A stretch of DNA of 64,000 bases from a virus: the IMG/VR virus record IMGVR_UViG_3300045988_121070. The stretch is one strand, 5' to 3'. Below are positions 9,237 to 18,985 of this stretch, piece by piece. The translations under genes were made by a program, and so were the position numbers. The notes beneath the pieces are model-generated. The model was not told where the DNA came from and searched no databases. It was given only the letters and a program-made list of their open reading frames with translations. Each line of letters opens with the position of its first letter. Position 1 is the first letter of the stretch.

Positions 9237-10490
9237 CTACTTAAAGCGGGAGAGGAGCAGGGTACTATTGGTACCACCGAAGCCGAAGGCGTTGCAGAGA
9301 ATGGTCTGTAACGGGGTGATGGTTGGCGCTGTTGGAATGCGCAGAGCTGCTGCCGTCTCGTCAGGGTGCTGGAGGTTGATGTGAGGCGTTACGAATCCGC
9401 CTTGCATCTGTATCAGGGCATATACTACCTGGGACACGCCGGACATCCAGCATTCGTGGCCGGTGAGGGCCTTTGTGCTGATGACAAAGGGACGGCTATC
9501 ACCATTTGCAGCGGCATAGCCACTACCTACGGAAAAGAGGCGGCGGATGGCTTCTGCCTCGGCGCGGTCGCCATCTGGGGTCGATGTGGCGTGAGCCATG
9601 ATAGCGGAGATACCAGGACCCAGCGGAGAACCGCTGGGCACAGTGGCGGCAGACAGAGCGGCGAGCATAGAGCGGTAGATAGCATCAGCGGAGGGTGTTG
9701 CGAGGTCGGGACTGGTGGTGAAGCCGTAGCCTTTGACCGTGGCCAAGGGTTTGCGATTGCCCATAGCGGCATGGGCTGCTGTTTCGAGAATGACGCAGGC
9801 AGCACCACCAGAAGGCACGAGGCCGTCGCGGTCGCGGTCGAATGGTCGTGATGCAGCGGTGGGGTTGTCGGTGCGGTGACTGAAGATGCCGAGCGCATCA
9901 AAGGAGGTATAGGCATGTAGGCCCACTTCCTGAGCGCCCACCACTATGCAGCAGTCGAGTTTGCCGGACTGGATAAGCGAATGAGCGAGACCGATAGCAT
10001 GACCGCCACCGGCGCAGGCTGCAGAGACGGTAAAGGAGAGACCACCGATGCCAAAGATAGAAGCCAGCGACATAGAGACCGAGCTGTTGAGTGTGCGGAA
10101 CACCATGCCGGCACCGAGTCGGCGCGAGTCATGGTATTCAGCCATGATAGCCTCTGTCTCAGCGAGGGCACCAGCGGTGCTGTCATTGCTAACAATAAGT
10201 CCGCAGCGGTAGAGGTCGGCCACTGGAGCCATAGCAAGCGCTTCCTTCATGGCCATGTAGCCATATTCGCCTGGTTCGGAGAGAGTGATGCGCTGTGAGC
10301 GTCGCAATCCCTGAGCTTTGATGTCAGGACGCGGGACGATACCCGTGAGGGGTGACTGGTAGCCGTAGGCGGTACGCTCAGGATCGATGCCGATGCCACT
10401 CTTTCCGAGACGGAGAGACTGAGCCACCTCCTGAACGGACTGGCCGATGCAGGACCAGATGCCCATGCCCGTGATTACTGTGCGTCGCAT
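9237..10490 (-). CDS. fabF: Beta-ketoacyl-ACP synthase (KAS I/II, FabF-like)
   Basis: Active-site SAACAGGGHAIG, HATSTPDGD (HxTxTxxGD) and C-terminal NAFGFGGTNSTLLL. Confidence 0.9.
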   Translation of the reverse strand: MRRTVITGMGIWSCIGQSVQEVAQSLRLGKSGIGIDPERTAYGYQSPLTGIVPRPDIKAQGLRRSQRITLSEPGEYGYMAMKEALAMAPVADLYRCGLIVSNDSTAGALAETEAIMAEYHDSRRLGAGMVFRTLNSSVSMSLASIFGIGGLSFTVSAACAGGGHAIGLAHSLIQSGKLDCCIVVGAQEVGLHAYTSFDALGIFSHRTDNPTAASRPFDRDRDGLVPSGGAACVILETAAHAAMGNRKPLATVKGYGFTTSPDLATPSADAIYRSMLAALSAATVPSGSPLGPGISAIMAHATSTPDGDRAEAEAIRRLFSVGSGYAAANGDSRPFVISTKALTGHECWMSGVSQVVYALIQMQGGFVTPHINLQHPDETAAALRIPTAPTITPLQTILCNAFGFGGTNSTLLLSRFK

Positions 10491-10738
10491 AGGCTGGGTT
10501 TTTGTTCGATGATAGAACGGATGAGGTCACGCAAGGTATGCGTGTTCTTTGCATTCGTCATATCGAGTTTGACGTTAAAGTTTGTTTCGCACATCATAAT
10601 GAAGTCCACGATGTCGATAGAGTCGAGGTTGAGATCTTCGTGAAGATTGTCGTCGAGGTGAATATCCTCGGCGGGAGGCATGTTGTCGAAATGGGCTGTC
10701 AGGAGCGCCACGATGCGAGGGAAAAGTTTTTCTTCCAT
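10475..10738 (-). CDS. acpP: Acyl carrier protein
   Basis: 87 aa and acidic, with the phosphopantetheine-site motif LNLDSIDIVDFIMMCE (DSxD). Overlaps the KAS start. Confidence 0.8.
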   Translation of the reverse strand: MEEKLFPRIVALLTAHFDNMPPAEDIHLDDNLHEDLNLDSIDIVDFIMMCETNFNVKLDMTNAKNTHTLRDLIRSIIEQKPSLCDAQ

Positions 10739-10740
10739 GA

Positions 10741-10767
10741 TTTGATGAATTTATGAATTTATGAATG
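10741..10767 (-). promoter_or_regulatory. TTCAT-heptad leader directly upstream of the ACP start
   Basis: The minus strand reads ATTCATAAATTCATAAATTCATCAAATC-ATG. The same leader type precedes at least 12 genes on both strands. Confidence 0.45.
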
Positions 10768-10769
10768 AC

Positions 10770-10832
10770 GGCGATTAAATCGCCTGGCAATAGACGAAAC
10801 AGAGCAGCGAGACCCAGCCGATAACGGCTGGG
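10770..10832 (+). repeat. Mosaic palindromic element (C module + ACGAAACA flank + A module)
   Basis: GGCGATTAAATCGCC TGGCAATAGACGAAACA ... CCCAGCCGATAACGGCTGGG, between the tape measure gene and the ACP gene. Confidence 0.85.
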
Positions 10833-10839
10833 CATGTGG

Positions 10840-13800
10840 CTAACCTTTCCAGAGGCGGTCGCCGGAGTTGCGGCGCATGAAGTTAGCGCCATCCTGAGAC
10901 TCCTGCGTGATGCCACCACGTCCGTATTTATTGACATGGAGGCCGTTGCGCTTGATAGCCAGCATGACGGCGGTAAACTCGGAGAGCGTAGAACGGAGGC
11001 CGTCGATATCCTCTTTGGTGATGGTGTTGTCCGACGGAGAACCGTCGGGAGTGGTGGTGCCATCAGTGCCGAGGAAATCAGAGAGGTTGCCTTCGTCGTA
11101 GGTGCGGTAGGCATGGCCATTTGAGTAGTTTTTGTCGAACTTCACGATAGCCGCGAGGAGGTCGGGACGAGCCATCTGCATGGCAGCCGTCGTTTCGCGT
11201 CCAATCACCATTTCTGGGCCACGTTCTCCGACGAGAGACGGTTGACCGTTGACCATGGTCGCTATGGGCGATGTGACGAGACCCGTCTGCAGTTGTGGTA
11301 CCTGGCGAGCCTGATAGACATAGCCATCCGTACCGAGGACGGGTGTGCGGTCGCCACCATAGCCAGCGGGCGAACCGCTGGAAGCGGGTGTAGCAGAGGG
11401 AGAGTAGCCGGATGGAGAGGGACTTCCGGCGGAAGAACCGCCGGACACACTCTGGACGTTACCACTGTCATAGGTGAGCATACCAGTGGCGAGTTTGACG
11501 TTAGGAGTTGCAGCATCAGCGCCACCACTCTCGTCACCACCAAAGGCGAGTCCGATAGCCCATGATAGCAATCCCATCAACAAGGCGGTGATGACACCGA
11601 TGAGCGGAATACCCCACCATCCGAGGGTGCCAATGATCTTAGCAGCACCACCAGCGATACCGAGACCCACCTTACCAGTGGTAGCCCCCGCTTCCTCTGC
11701 CAGTTCGGTAGCATTCGAGGTAGAGTGCTGTGTGAGGCGGGCAGCATCGCCCGTTGCCTGAGCCGTGAGCATCAGCGTCTGGTAGAGTTGCTGTATCTGC
11801 AACATCGTAGCCTGGTGCATGGTCTCGTCGGCTTCTTCCTGACGATAGTAGAGCTGCTTAGTGACGCGACGTGTGAGGTCTTGTGCGATGAGTTGCAGAG
11901 ACATCTTCACATACGACTTCAGCATATCCTTCAGGAGGTCTTTGAATTTGACATCCGACTGTTCGGTGTCGTAGATCATATTACCCAGCGACTCCCCTAC
12001 CCCTTCAGCGAACGTGTTAAGCGGTTCAGAGAAGTTTTGGAGGAGAGACACGCGCTCTTGGAACTTACGTGCCACCGAGTCGGCCATTTCAGACTGAGCC
12101 TCCATCATCTGACGTTTAGCATCCGTCAGCTGCTGTTCAGAGATTTTATCCTGTTCACGCAGACGCGCCATATCCTCATAATAGAGACGGGCGCGTTCAG
12201 CCAGCAGGCGATAGCGCAAGATTTCAGGGTCAGAATCCATATTCCAGGACATGCCCATCTGCTGTCCCACGTTCTTATCCGACTCGAAGCGTTGCGTATC
12301 GCTGTTGATGGTTGACAGCTGCTGTGTCGATTTGTCGATACTCTGAATGGTAGGATTGTTATTGAAAACAAAATCCGCACGGCGCTTTGCCTCGTCGTAG
12401 GCTTTCTTCTGAGCATCCGTATAAGCATCCGAGTATTCAATCAGTTTCTGGTAGAACACCTTGAACTGGTCGGCAGACATGTTGAGCAGCGAAGAAAGGC
12501 CCGTACCAGCGAGATATGACTTATACTCTTTACCGAAGAGGATGGTAAGCACCTTATCCGGCGCATCCTCACTATTCGCATCGACAGAGAGCAGTTCCAC
12601 GATGTTTTCGCGAGTAGCGGTGAAAGCCTTTTGCCACTGAGCGGTGCGGTCGTCGATGAACTGCTGGATAGCCTCGTTATTACCCTTCTGCGACCACCCC
12701 ATCATCTGAGCGATCTGTTCGGAAGTCAATTCGGCGACACCAAACTGTTCCATCTGGTTCTCGTAGTCGAGGTTGACCTTCCCCGTATAGTTCTTTTCCA
12801 GGAGCACCTTCTGACGGTCCTGGTAAGCCTTATTCTGCTGGTTGGCGTTTTTCAATTCGTTTTCTGTAGCCTTACGCCATATCTGATCGAGCAATACAGA
12901 ACCATTCTGTCCCAACTCCTTAGAAAGCGTGGTAATCATGTCCTTCAGTTTCTCGACATCATTATGGATAATGTTATCGAGCAGCTGCGTGGACTGATTT
13001 GTGCCGTCAGCAGACAGCGGTTCGTAGAGGTCGTTAAGCATCGACTGGCGGAACTGTGCCCAATCGTTCTCAGTACCCGCAATCGCCTGACGGACGTTAG
13101 CCAGTGCATTGTTCATGCGGATTGTCATGCCGTCCACCAGTTTCTTCTGGAGTTCAGAATCCATGCCCGTCTTTGTCGCCATTTCCGTGATGGCAGCAAT
13201 CTGACGCTCGTAGTAATTCTTGACGTTATCGACAATCGCCTGAGCCTTGCCCTGTTCCTCTCTCATTTCCTGACGGAGCGCCTTGCGACGGGCTGCCTCT
13301 TCCGCCTTACGGCGACGTTCTGCCTCCTTATCGGGTGCATCGTTATCAAGAGCACCAGGAGACTCGTCTTCGGTGGCGGTAACGAGATCGTCTTCAAACG
13401 GCTTCCACTTTTTGTTGACGCGGTTCATGGCGTTGGTAGCCGAGTAAGCCTGCGTAGCATAACGGGTGGCAGCATAAAGCATCCGTTCGGCCTGGGTAAG
13501 GGCGCGGGTGTTGTTGGCACGGACCTCATTTGGTGTAAGTGTGCTTTCAGGACCGCTATTCATTCGCATGTCGCGAACATAGCCATGCACATCGAACCAT
13601 TCCGTCGGTGACTTGCTGGAACGAGACTTGTAAGCATCAGCGGCTATTTCGCCATTGACACCCAGTTTCCTTGCCAGGTCCTTGTTGATTTCTTCAACAG
13701 ACTTGCCGGCTTTCTGCATATCATCGACATAGGCTTTGAGCCATGTGCCGTTGTAGGGAGAGCCACCCGCCACGTTATCGTATTCCGTGAGGCGGTCGGC

Positions 13801-16656
13801 AGACCATCCGACACGAGGAGCCACCTGAGAGGTAATGTCCTTTTCCTTCATCTGAAGGGCGATCTTCGCACGGAGTTGCTTCACCACCTCCTTGTAAGCC
13901 TTTGCTACATCATAGGCAGTAGATTTTTCGGTGAGCATCTTCGAGAGATACTGGCCATACTCCTTGTTAAAGTTACGAATAGCAGCCGCACGTTGACGTG
14001 AGCCGTTGGCTGCTTCGTCGATAGCCTTCTTAAAGCGTTTCAGACGGTCATCAGCGATGGCAAACTCACGGTTGAAGTCAGACATCGTGCTATTGAAGCC
14101 CTGCATCCATGTAGTAGCCTTTTGTCCGCTCTTAATGACAGAACCGATAGCAATAGCGAGGCCCGTCAGAAGCGAGATACAGAGACCGATGACATTCATC
14201 TTCTGAGCCGTGTTCAGAGCGTGCCATGCAGCCACAAGTCCCTTAGTCTGGAGCGTGGCCAATACCGAAGCCTTACCCATGAGACCGATAGACGATGCCA
14301 AACCGATGATAGCCACCGAAGCACCCTTGAAGAGCAATCCCGTAAGAATAGCCGGCAGGAGTGCGAGGAGTATCTTCAATTCAGCAGCAATCAGTCCGAG
14401 GAGGTTTTTCATTATCCACATGGAAGCCTCGTTGGAAGTCATGGACTTTGAGAGGTCGTACCATGCCTGGGCCATCTGTTTTACCATATCGACACCCTCT
14501 GGGTTGGTGAAAGCCTTTGCCCAGAGGTTATTACCCTTTTCGAGGATAGCGTTAGCAGTGTCCTGTTTCAGAGCATACTCATTGGTGAGAGACGTTGCCT
14601 CTGCGAAAGCCTCGTTAGACTCTTCGACATGCGCACGGACCGTATCGACATTCTTAGACATGGTAGCCATGACACCGATAAGGCGCTGACCTTCAGAGCC
14701 GAGGTCTTTCCAGATGTTGCCGAGGGCATTCATGTTACCCTTTTCACGCATCTTTTCCATTATCTGAAGAATGGCCTCCATTGCCTTACCCTGTTGGAAA
14801 AGGTTATTGATTGTGCCCTTCTCCATGTTCAACTGCTGTTCGATGAGATTATGGTTGGTTTGCAGCGACGTGAAGAGTTTACCGAATGCCGTGGCCGCTA
14901 CTTCAGGAGCCTGGCCGAGCGCATCGGCAGCAGAGCCGAGTGCCAGCAGTTCTGGCGTAGTGATGCCCGTGATGCGGGAAAGACCCGTGAGGCGTTTAGC
15001 GAAGTCAACGATATGTGTTCCTGATGCAGTAGAAGTGGCCGACAGTTGGTTGATAGCCGAGCCGACAGACAGCATGGAGCGTTCGACACCCAGTTTGGGG
15101 ATAAGTCCCATGGTATCGACGAGTTTGGAAATTTGCAAGAGGCTGTCATCGCCGAGGTCGTCGGAGAGCGCCACCTTTACCTGGTCGGCAGCACGGACGA
15201 AAGCCGACATACCTTCGACACCATACTGTCCAAAGCCCATTTTACCACCCTGGTAGGCGAGGTCGGCGAGATCCTGCACCGTAGAGCGCGTGTTTATCTT
15301 AGCCAGGCTTTCAGACAATTCGTTGACCTCCTTGGTGGCGAGGCCCGTCACCTTACGGATGTCTGCGAGTTGGTCAGAATAAGCCAGGTTGCTTTGCAGC
15401 ATCCCCTGCAGTTTCTGCTGGGCGATAGAAAACAGTTGGAAGACACCGAAGTACATGGAGATATTGCGAAACGTCGTTTTCCATGCAGACCCCTGACGGT
15501 TGATAGCGCCGGTGGTACGTTCTATTTCCCCACGTATGGCTGCCAGCTGCTTCTGTTTGTCGATATACTGCTGTTGGTCGCGGTTGAGTTTAGCCATTTC
15601 CGTCTCTAACTGCTTTGCCGCCTTTTGGAGTGTTTCGAGCGGAGCCTTGCGGAGGTTAGCCGGCTGGAGGAGGTTGCCGATATCAACCAGTTCGTGATCA
15701 ACACCCGCGAGGATGTTTTGCAGCTGCTTCATCTGTTCGTTGAGTTTCTTGCGGGCCGTATCGCCTGTGCCGAGGTTGCTCAACTTACGCTGTATCTCAT
15801 CGATGGCAGCTTTTATTTCCTTTGGTGAGAACTTTTTAGGATCGAGGATGATATTGTCAGCCTTCTGCTGGAGTTGGTCGGTGGTGAGTTCTATCTGTTT
15901 CTCCTTACCCGCGATAGCATCCAGTTGGTCGTCACACTTCTTCAGTTCAGCATTGATGCGCTCGATCTCAGCAGCCACGTTGCCGGAAGCGGGGAGGATG
16001 CCACCTTTGCCCAACTGGTCACGATAACTGGCGAGGTTGGCACGAGCAGAGCGGAGCGCATCAGCAGAAGCCCCACCACCACTGATTGTAGCGACAGCGC
16101 GGCGAGCCTGTTCGTTTTGCAGTTGATGAAGGATATTGACCTGCGACTGATAGGCGCTGCTGGTTTTCTGTGTAGAAGCCACCAACTGCTTCTGCTGATT
16201 GATGGCGCGTTGCAACCAGGAATCCGTCTGTGTGGAGAGTTCGCCCATGTGCTTTTTGATGTTCAGCATTTCGCCCTGCATGACCTTGATTTGGTCGGTG
16301 ATAGCCTTATATTTCTGGCGCAGTTCTTCGAGTTTAGGGCTACTCTCGCTGGTGCGTGACATTTCCTTTTTGACCTGACGAAGCGCCTGGTTCAGTTGAG
16401 ACAGCGACGCATTAGAGAGGTTGGTAATGACCTTCTCCACCTTTTTCATGTCCGCCTCCTGCTGTTTGATGAGCGCACGGAGGTCGGCCATTTCCTTTTG
16501 CAGTTTCTGGGCACGTTGTGCGCCCGTTGCTGTGGAAGTGTTGATGGCATTATACGCCTTTTCCAGGCGCGACAGTTCGTTGCGCATGGCTTTGACGGCT
16601 GCTACTGGTTGTGCGGAGTCCGCACTGATCTTGATGTATATCTGTTTATCGGCCAT
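10840..16656 (-). CDS. Tail tape measure protein (1938 aa)
   Basis: Very long ORF with extensive coiled-coil sequence, a central cluster of hydrophobic helices and a Gly/Ser-rich C-terminal region, the typical tape measure architecture. Confidence 0.85.
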   Translation of the reverse strand: MADKQIYIKISADSAQPVAAVKAMRNELSRLEKAYNAINTSTATGAQRAQKLQKEMADLRALIKQQEADMKKVEKVITNLSNASLSQLNQALRQVKKEMSRTSESSPKLEELRQKYKAITDQIKVMQGEMLNIKKHMGELSTQTDSWLQRAINQQKQLVASTQKTSSAYQSQVNILHQLQNEQARRAVATISGGGASADALRSARANLASYRDQLGKGGILPASGNVAAEIERINAELKKCDDQLDAIAGKEKQIELTTDQLQQKADNIILDPKKFSPKEIKAAIDEIQRKLSNLGTGDTARKKLNEQMKQLQNILAGVDHELVDIGNLLQPANLRKAPLETLQKAAKQLETEMAKLNRDQQQYIDKQKQLAAIRGEIERTTGAINRQGSAWKTTFRNISMYFGVFQLFSIAQQKLQGMLQSNLAYSDQLADIRKVTGLATKEVNELSESLAKINTRSTVQDLADLAYQGGKMGFGQYGVEGMSAFVRAADQVKVALSDDLGDDSLLQISKLVDTMGLIPKLGVERSMLSVGSAINQLSATSTASGTHIVDFAKRLTGLSRITGITTPELLALGSAADALGQAPEVAATAFGKLFTSLQTNHNLIEQQLNMEKGTINNLFQQGKAMEAILQIMEKMREKGNMNALGNIWKDLGSEGQRLIGVMATMSKNVDTVRAHVEESNEAFAEATSLTNEYALKQDTANAILEKGNNLWAKAFTNPEGVDMVKQMAQAWYDLSKSMTSNEASMWIMKNLLGLIAAELKILLALLPAILTGLLFKGASVAIIGLASSIGLMGKASVLATLQTKGLVAAWHALNTAQKMNVIGLCISLLTGLAIAIGSVIKSGQKATTWMQGFNSTMSDFNREFAIADDRLKRFKKAIDEAANGSRQRAAAIRNFNKEYGQYLSKMLTEKSTAYDVAKAYKEVVKQLRAKIALQMKEKDITSQVAPRVGWSADRLTEYDNVAGGSPYNGTWLKAYVDDMQKAGKSVEEINKDLARKLGVNGEIAADAYKSRSSKSPTEWFDVHGYVRDMRMNSGPESTLTPNEVRANNTRALTQAERMLYAATRYATQAYSATNAMNRVNKKWKPFEDDLVTATEDESPGALDNDAPDKEAERRRKAEEAARRKALRQEMREEQGKAQAIVDNVKNYYERQIAAITEMATKTGMDSELQKKLVDGMTIRMNNALANVRQAIAGTENDWAQFRQSMLNDLYEPLSADGTNQSTQLLDNIIHNDVEKLKDMITTLSKELGQNGSVLLDQIWRKATENELKNANQQNKAYQDRQKVLLEKNYTGKVNLDYENQMEQFGVAELTSEQIAQMMGWSQKGNNEAIQQFIDDRTAQWQKAFTATRENIVELLSVDANSEDAPDKVLTILFGKEYKSYLAGTGLSSLLNMSADQFKVFYQKLIEYSDAYTDAQKKAYDEAKRRADFVFNNNPTIQSIDKSTQQLSTINSDTQRFESDKNVGQQMGMSWNMDSDPEILRYRLLAERARLYYEDMARLREQDKISEQQLTDAKRQMMEAQSEMADSVARKFQERVSLLQNFSEPLNTFAEGVGESLGNMIYDTEQSDVKFKDLLKDMLKSYVKMSLQLIAQDLTRRVTKQLYYRQEEADETMHQATMLQIQQLYQTLMLTAQATGDAARLTQHSTSNATELAEEAGATTGKVGLGIAGGAAKIIGTLGWWGIPLIGVITALLMGLLSWAIGLAFGGDESGGADAATPNVKLATGMLTYDSGNVQSVSGGSSAGSPSPSGYSPSATPASSGSPAGYGGDRTPVLGTDGYVYQARQVPQLQTGLVTSPIATMVNGQPSLVGERGPEMVIGRETTAAMQMARPDLLAAIVKFDKNYSNGHAYRTYDEGNLSDFLGTDGTTTPDGSPSDNTITKEDIDGLRSTLSEFTAVMLAIKRNGLHVNKYGRGGITQESQDGANFMRRNSGDRLWKG

Positions 16657-16668
16657 AGGAGGTAGATA

Positions 16669-17193
16669 TTAGAATTGGAACACGAGTGGTGGCAGGTCTT
16701 CAATATCACGGAACACCTCTACGGAGAGTTCGCGTCCGTAGAAGTCTTCGTAATAGCGCTGCATACGAGAGGCGACATGACGTGCCTCCATCATTATTGA
16801 GGGTCGGCTTGTTTCGCCCATAACGGCGAGCCACTGGCGCACATAGCGGCGGTTGTGGCGAGCCTTGCGGTCGCGGCGTACCACGTCGAGCGGTCGGCCA
16901 CCGACAGTACCCATATCGACAAAGCGGAGGTAGTCACGGAAACCGAGGCTGATTGCTTCGTGGCCAGGGGTGGCATCGATGCGCGAGGTGAACGAGCGAG
17001 CACCTTTGCCGGTGGCATACCATCCGCCATGGTCTTTGCGGTACTCGTTGACCTTACGGAAGCCAGGGTAGATTTCCGTTGGGAAGACGTGCTGTGTCTG
17101 CATGTTCGCCTGGAGTGCTTGCACGGCATCCATGGCAAAGCGGCGCAGAACCACGTTCGGGCGACGCATTGGTTTTTCGAGTTGTGCTGCCAT
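16669..17193 (-). CDS. Hypothetical virion-associated protein (174 aa) immediately upstream of the tape measure gene
   Basis: ORF preceded by a promoter-like TATCTTTG box (17219-17212). Function unknown. Confidence 0.6.
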   Translation of the reverse strand: MAAQLEKPMRRPNVVLRRFAMDAVQALQANMQTQHVFPTEIYPGFRKVNEYRKDHGGWYATGKGARSFTSRIDATPGHEAISLGFRDYLRFVDMGTVGGRPLDVVRRDRKARHNRRYVRQWLAVMGETSRPSIMMEARHVASRMQRYYEDFYGRELSVEVFRDIEDLPPLVFQF

Positions 17194-17264
17194 ATAATGC
17201 TTATTTTGTTACAAAGATACAAAGAAGCGGCAGCGAGGACGGGACAAAGAGACTTTGGAGGGAC

Positions 17265-17320
17265 GGTGATAAAATCGCCTTGCAATAGACGGAACAAAAA
17301 ACCGCTGGCAGAACCAGCGG
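17265..17320 (+). repeat. Mosaic palindromic element (C + B modules). Its B hairpin plus a T-run acts as a minus-strand terminator.
   Basis: GGTGATAAAATCGCC TTGCAATAGACGGAACA AAAAA CCGCTGGCAGAACCAGCGG. On the minus strand this is CCGCTGGTTCTGCCAGCGG followed by TTTTTTG, directly after cassette 12. Confidence 0.8.
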
Positions 17321-17325
17321 GAACA

Positions 17326-17568
17326 CTAAAAGAAGTATTCGATAAGGAGGACGGTTTTGGGGTAGTGAGCGAGAGAGAGGATGTCTTCAGGCAGCTGCAT
17401 GGCATCGTAGCGGGTGTTTAGGGTGCAAGCGACACCTCCTGATGCTACGTTGACGGGGACTATTTGCCCCCCCCCCCTAAACAGCCTTGGAGGTGCGGAG
17501 GTAGTTTGGGAAAGCGGGAGAGCTGTCATGCTATGACAGCATACGGAACGACTTTTCTTATAGGTCAT
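17326..17568 (-). CDS. TRD-like cassette 12 (80 aa), in frame across the 11-nt tract
   Basis: MTYKKSRSVCCHSMTALPLSQTTSAPPRLFRGGGQIVPVNVASGGVACTLNTRYDAMQLPEDILSLAHYPKTVLLIEYFF. The ..CTLNTRYD.. core is typical of m5C-methyltransferase target-recognition domains. C11 at 17467-17477. Confidence 0.6.
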   Translation of the reverse strand: MTYKKSRSVCCHSMTALPLSQTTSAPPRLFRGGGQIVPVNVASGGVACTLNTRYDAMQLPEDILSLAHYPKTVLLIEYFF

Positions 17569-17811
17569 ATTCAATAAATACACATTGGGATGTTTCGCCG
17601 GCCATTAGAGCAGAAGCGACACGGCCATCCTCCTTGACACGAGCACGGCGGAGTTTGGAGGTAGGGTAAGCCATATCGAAGACCCCATTGGGGAGGCATT
17701 CGATATATCCGCTTTCGGTGGCCTGGCGGACTTGGAGCACGATTTGCCCCCCCTATTGGCGATGGTAAGGAACGGGCGACGCAGTTCATAGTGATGGACG
17801 TTAGAACTCAT
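17558..17811 (-). pseudogene. TRD-like cassette 11, frame broken at C7 (8 needed)
   Basis: With 8 G it reads MSSNVHHYELRRPFLTIANRGGQIVLQVRQ...GRVASALMAGETSQCVFIEYDL-stop. The tract is at 17747-17753. Confidence 0.55.
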
Positions 17812-17976
17812 ATTCAATCAAGACATAAGGAGTGGTGTTATACATGCCTGTATCGGAATCTTTGCCAATACCCCCCCTGAAAACGAGGTAATGGTGTTGC
17901 AGATCTGCTTCAAGTTGTAACGGAGAACCAGACCTTTCGTATCACGAATCCAGCCGATGAAGTTATAGGTTGTCAT
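17801..17976 (-). pseudogene. TRD-like cassette 10, frame broken at C7 (8 needed)
   Basis: With 8 G it reads MTTYNFIGWIRDTKGLVLRYNLKQICNTITSFSGGGIGKDSDTGMYNTTPYVLIEYEF-stop. The tract is at 17871-17877. Confidence 0.55.
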
Positions 17977-18109
17977 ATTCTATCAGGAGGCAATGAGGAC
18001 ATTTATAATCAGTAGCACGAAGTGCCGGAGAGACCAAAAGCCATTTGCCCCCCCCTGACTTCCATTCAAAAGCGTGGGATAAAGGATGAACGCCTACCTT
18101 ATAAATCAT
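17963..18109 (-). CDS. TRD-like cassette 9 (48 aa), intact
   Basis: MIYKVGVHPLSHAFEWKSGGGKWLLVSPALRATDYKCPHCLLIEYDNL. SPALRATDYK matches the classic (a/s)PTLRA.DYK TRD signature. C8 at 18048-18055 is in frame. Confidence 0.6.
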   Translation of the reverse strand: MIYKVGVHPLSHAFEWKSGGGKWLLVSPALRATDYKCPHCLLIEYDNL

Positions 18110-18252
18110 ATTCTATCAGGATATACCCCCCCCCCATTTGCGGCCAACACCGTTTGGACGATGCCGGCAGTACCTTGAACATTACCATCAAAACCATTAC
18201 GGAAGGTATCGTAATATAGGTTCCCAATACGAAGGATGTTGCTATAAATCAT
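18099..18252 (-). pseudogene. TRD-like cassette 8, frame broken at C10 (9 needed)
   Basis: With 9 G it reads MIYSNILRIGNLYYDTFRNGFDGNVQGTAGIVQTVLAANGGGYILIEYDL-stop. The tract is at 18126-18135. Confidence 0.55.
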
Positions 18253-18543
18253 ATTCGATAATTACATTATTGACGTGAGCGGTGATGATTGTAGCAGAGG
18301 GGTTACGAAAATAATTACAGACGAGTTCGGGCACCCCCCCATCTTAGCATCCTGACGGTAGAAACGGAGGTCGCCATTCGGGAGCCAGTGAGCAGCGATG
18401 ATATCACGGCGAGAAAGACCAAGCCGAGAACGGCTGGGAGTGGTGGCGGAGGAACCAGCGGGGGAACCGCTGGACGCTGTGGAATTGGGGGCTGCGATAG
18501 TATCGCAGCATACGGGACAATCTACAATTCTCTTTCTATCCAT
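18242..18543 (-). pseudogene. TRD-like cassette 7, frame broken at C7 (8 needed). Its N-terminal 45 aa are encoded by C+B+A palindromic modules.
   Basis: MDRKRIVDCPVCCDTIAAPNSTASSGSPAGSSATTPSRSRLGLSRRD.... With 8 G it continues ..KMGGVPELVCNYFRNPSATIITAHVNNVIIEYDL-stop. The tract is at 18334-18340. Confidence 0.55.
18419..18519 (+). repeat. Mosaic palindromic element (A + B + C modules) embedded in cassette 7
   Basis: CCAAGCCGAGAACGGCTGGG AGTGG.. CCAGCGGGGGAACCGCTGG .. GCTGCGATAGTATCGCAGC ATACGGGACA. Confidence 0.85.
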
Positions 18544-18817
18544 ACGAGGTTATCTTTTTGCACGGAGGTGATGGTGTTTGTGACTTGGGCGGAACCGAGT
18601 TCGATAACTTGGTGAAAGTTGCGGTCAGCATGAGCACCACGGAATGAGAGGCAGTCGAGGTCACGATTAACCTGCGAACATATACGGACAGAAGCGGCAC
18701 GGCTGTCTGGGTCTCGGTCGTAGAGGTAGGTCATGGTTTGCCCCCCCTACCTCGGCTTGCTGAGATACGGACTTTGGCCATGTCTGCGGACGGTTCAGTA
18801 TCTTTAATCAAGAGCAT
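18522..18817 (-). pseudogene. TRD-like cassette 6, frame broken at C7 (8 needed)
   Basis: With 8 G it reads MLLIKDTEPSADMAKVRISASRGRGGQTMTYLYDRDPDS...GSAQVTNTITSVQKDNLVWIEREL-stop. The tract is at 18741-18747. Confidence 0.55.
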
Positions 18818-18985
18818 ATTCTACTAATAAGAGGTTATCTTTCTGAATGCCAGTGATAGTGTTAGAGCAGCCATCGGTTGCAGGGAGCAAAAAACGGTCG
18901 GAGAAACGGCAATGCCCCCCCCTATCTCCGTAGATACGGCGCACGGCTTTTGCGTGAGCGGTGCGGACAGCACGGAGGATAGAAG
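18804..18985 (-). other. TRD-like cassette 5. It has no ATG of its own and is in frame across C8.
   Basis: ..ASILRAVRTAHAKAVRRIYGDRGGHCRFSDRFLLPATDGCSNTITGIQKDNLLLVEYALD-stop. It lies just after the methyltransferase core stop and two hairpin modules, in the +1 frame relative to the core. The tract is at 18915-18922. Confidence 0.5.

Noticed and set aside
10840-16656. Many 60-330-aa ORFs on the + strand or in alternative frames inside the tape measure gene. The same occurs inside the primase/helicase, ligase, KAS and J-domain genes.
   Set aside because: They are fully nested in long ORFs that carry recognisable motifs. Their products are Arg/Ser/Pro-rich or low-complexity, and they lack promoters or leaders. 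I treat them as shadow ORFs.
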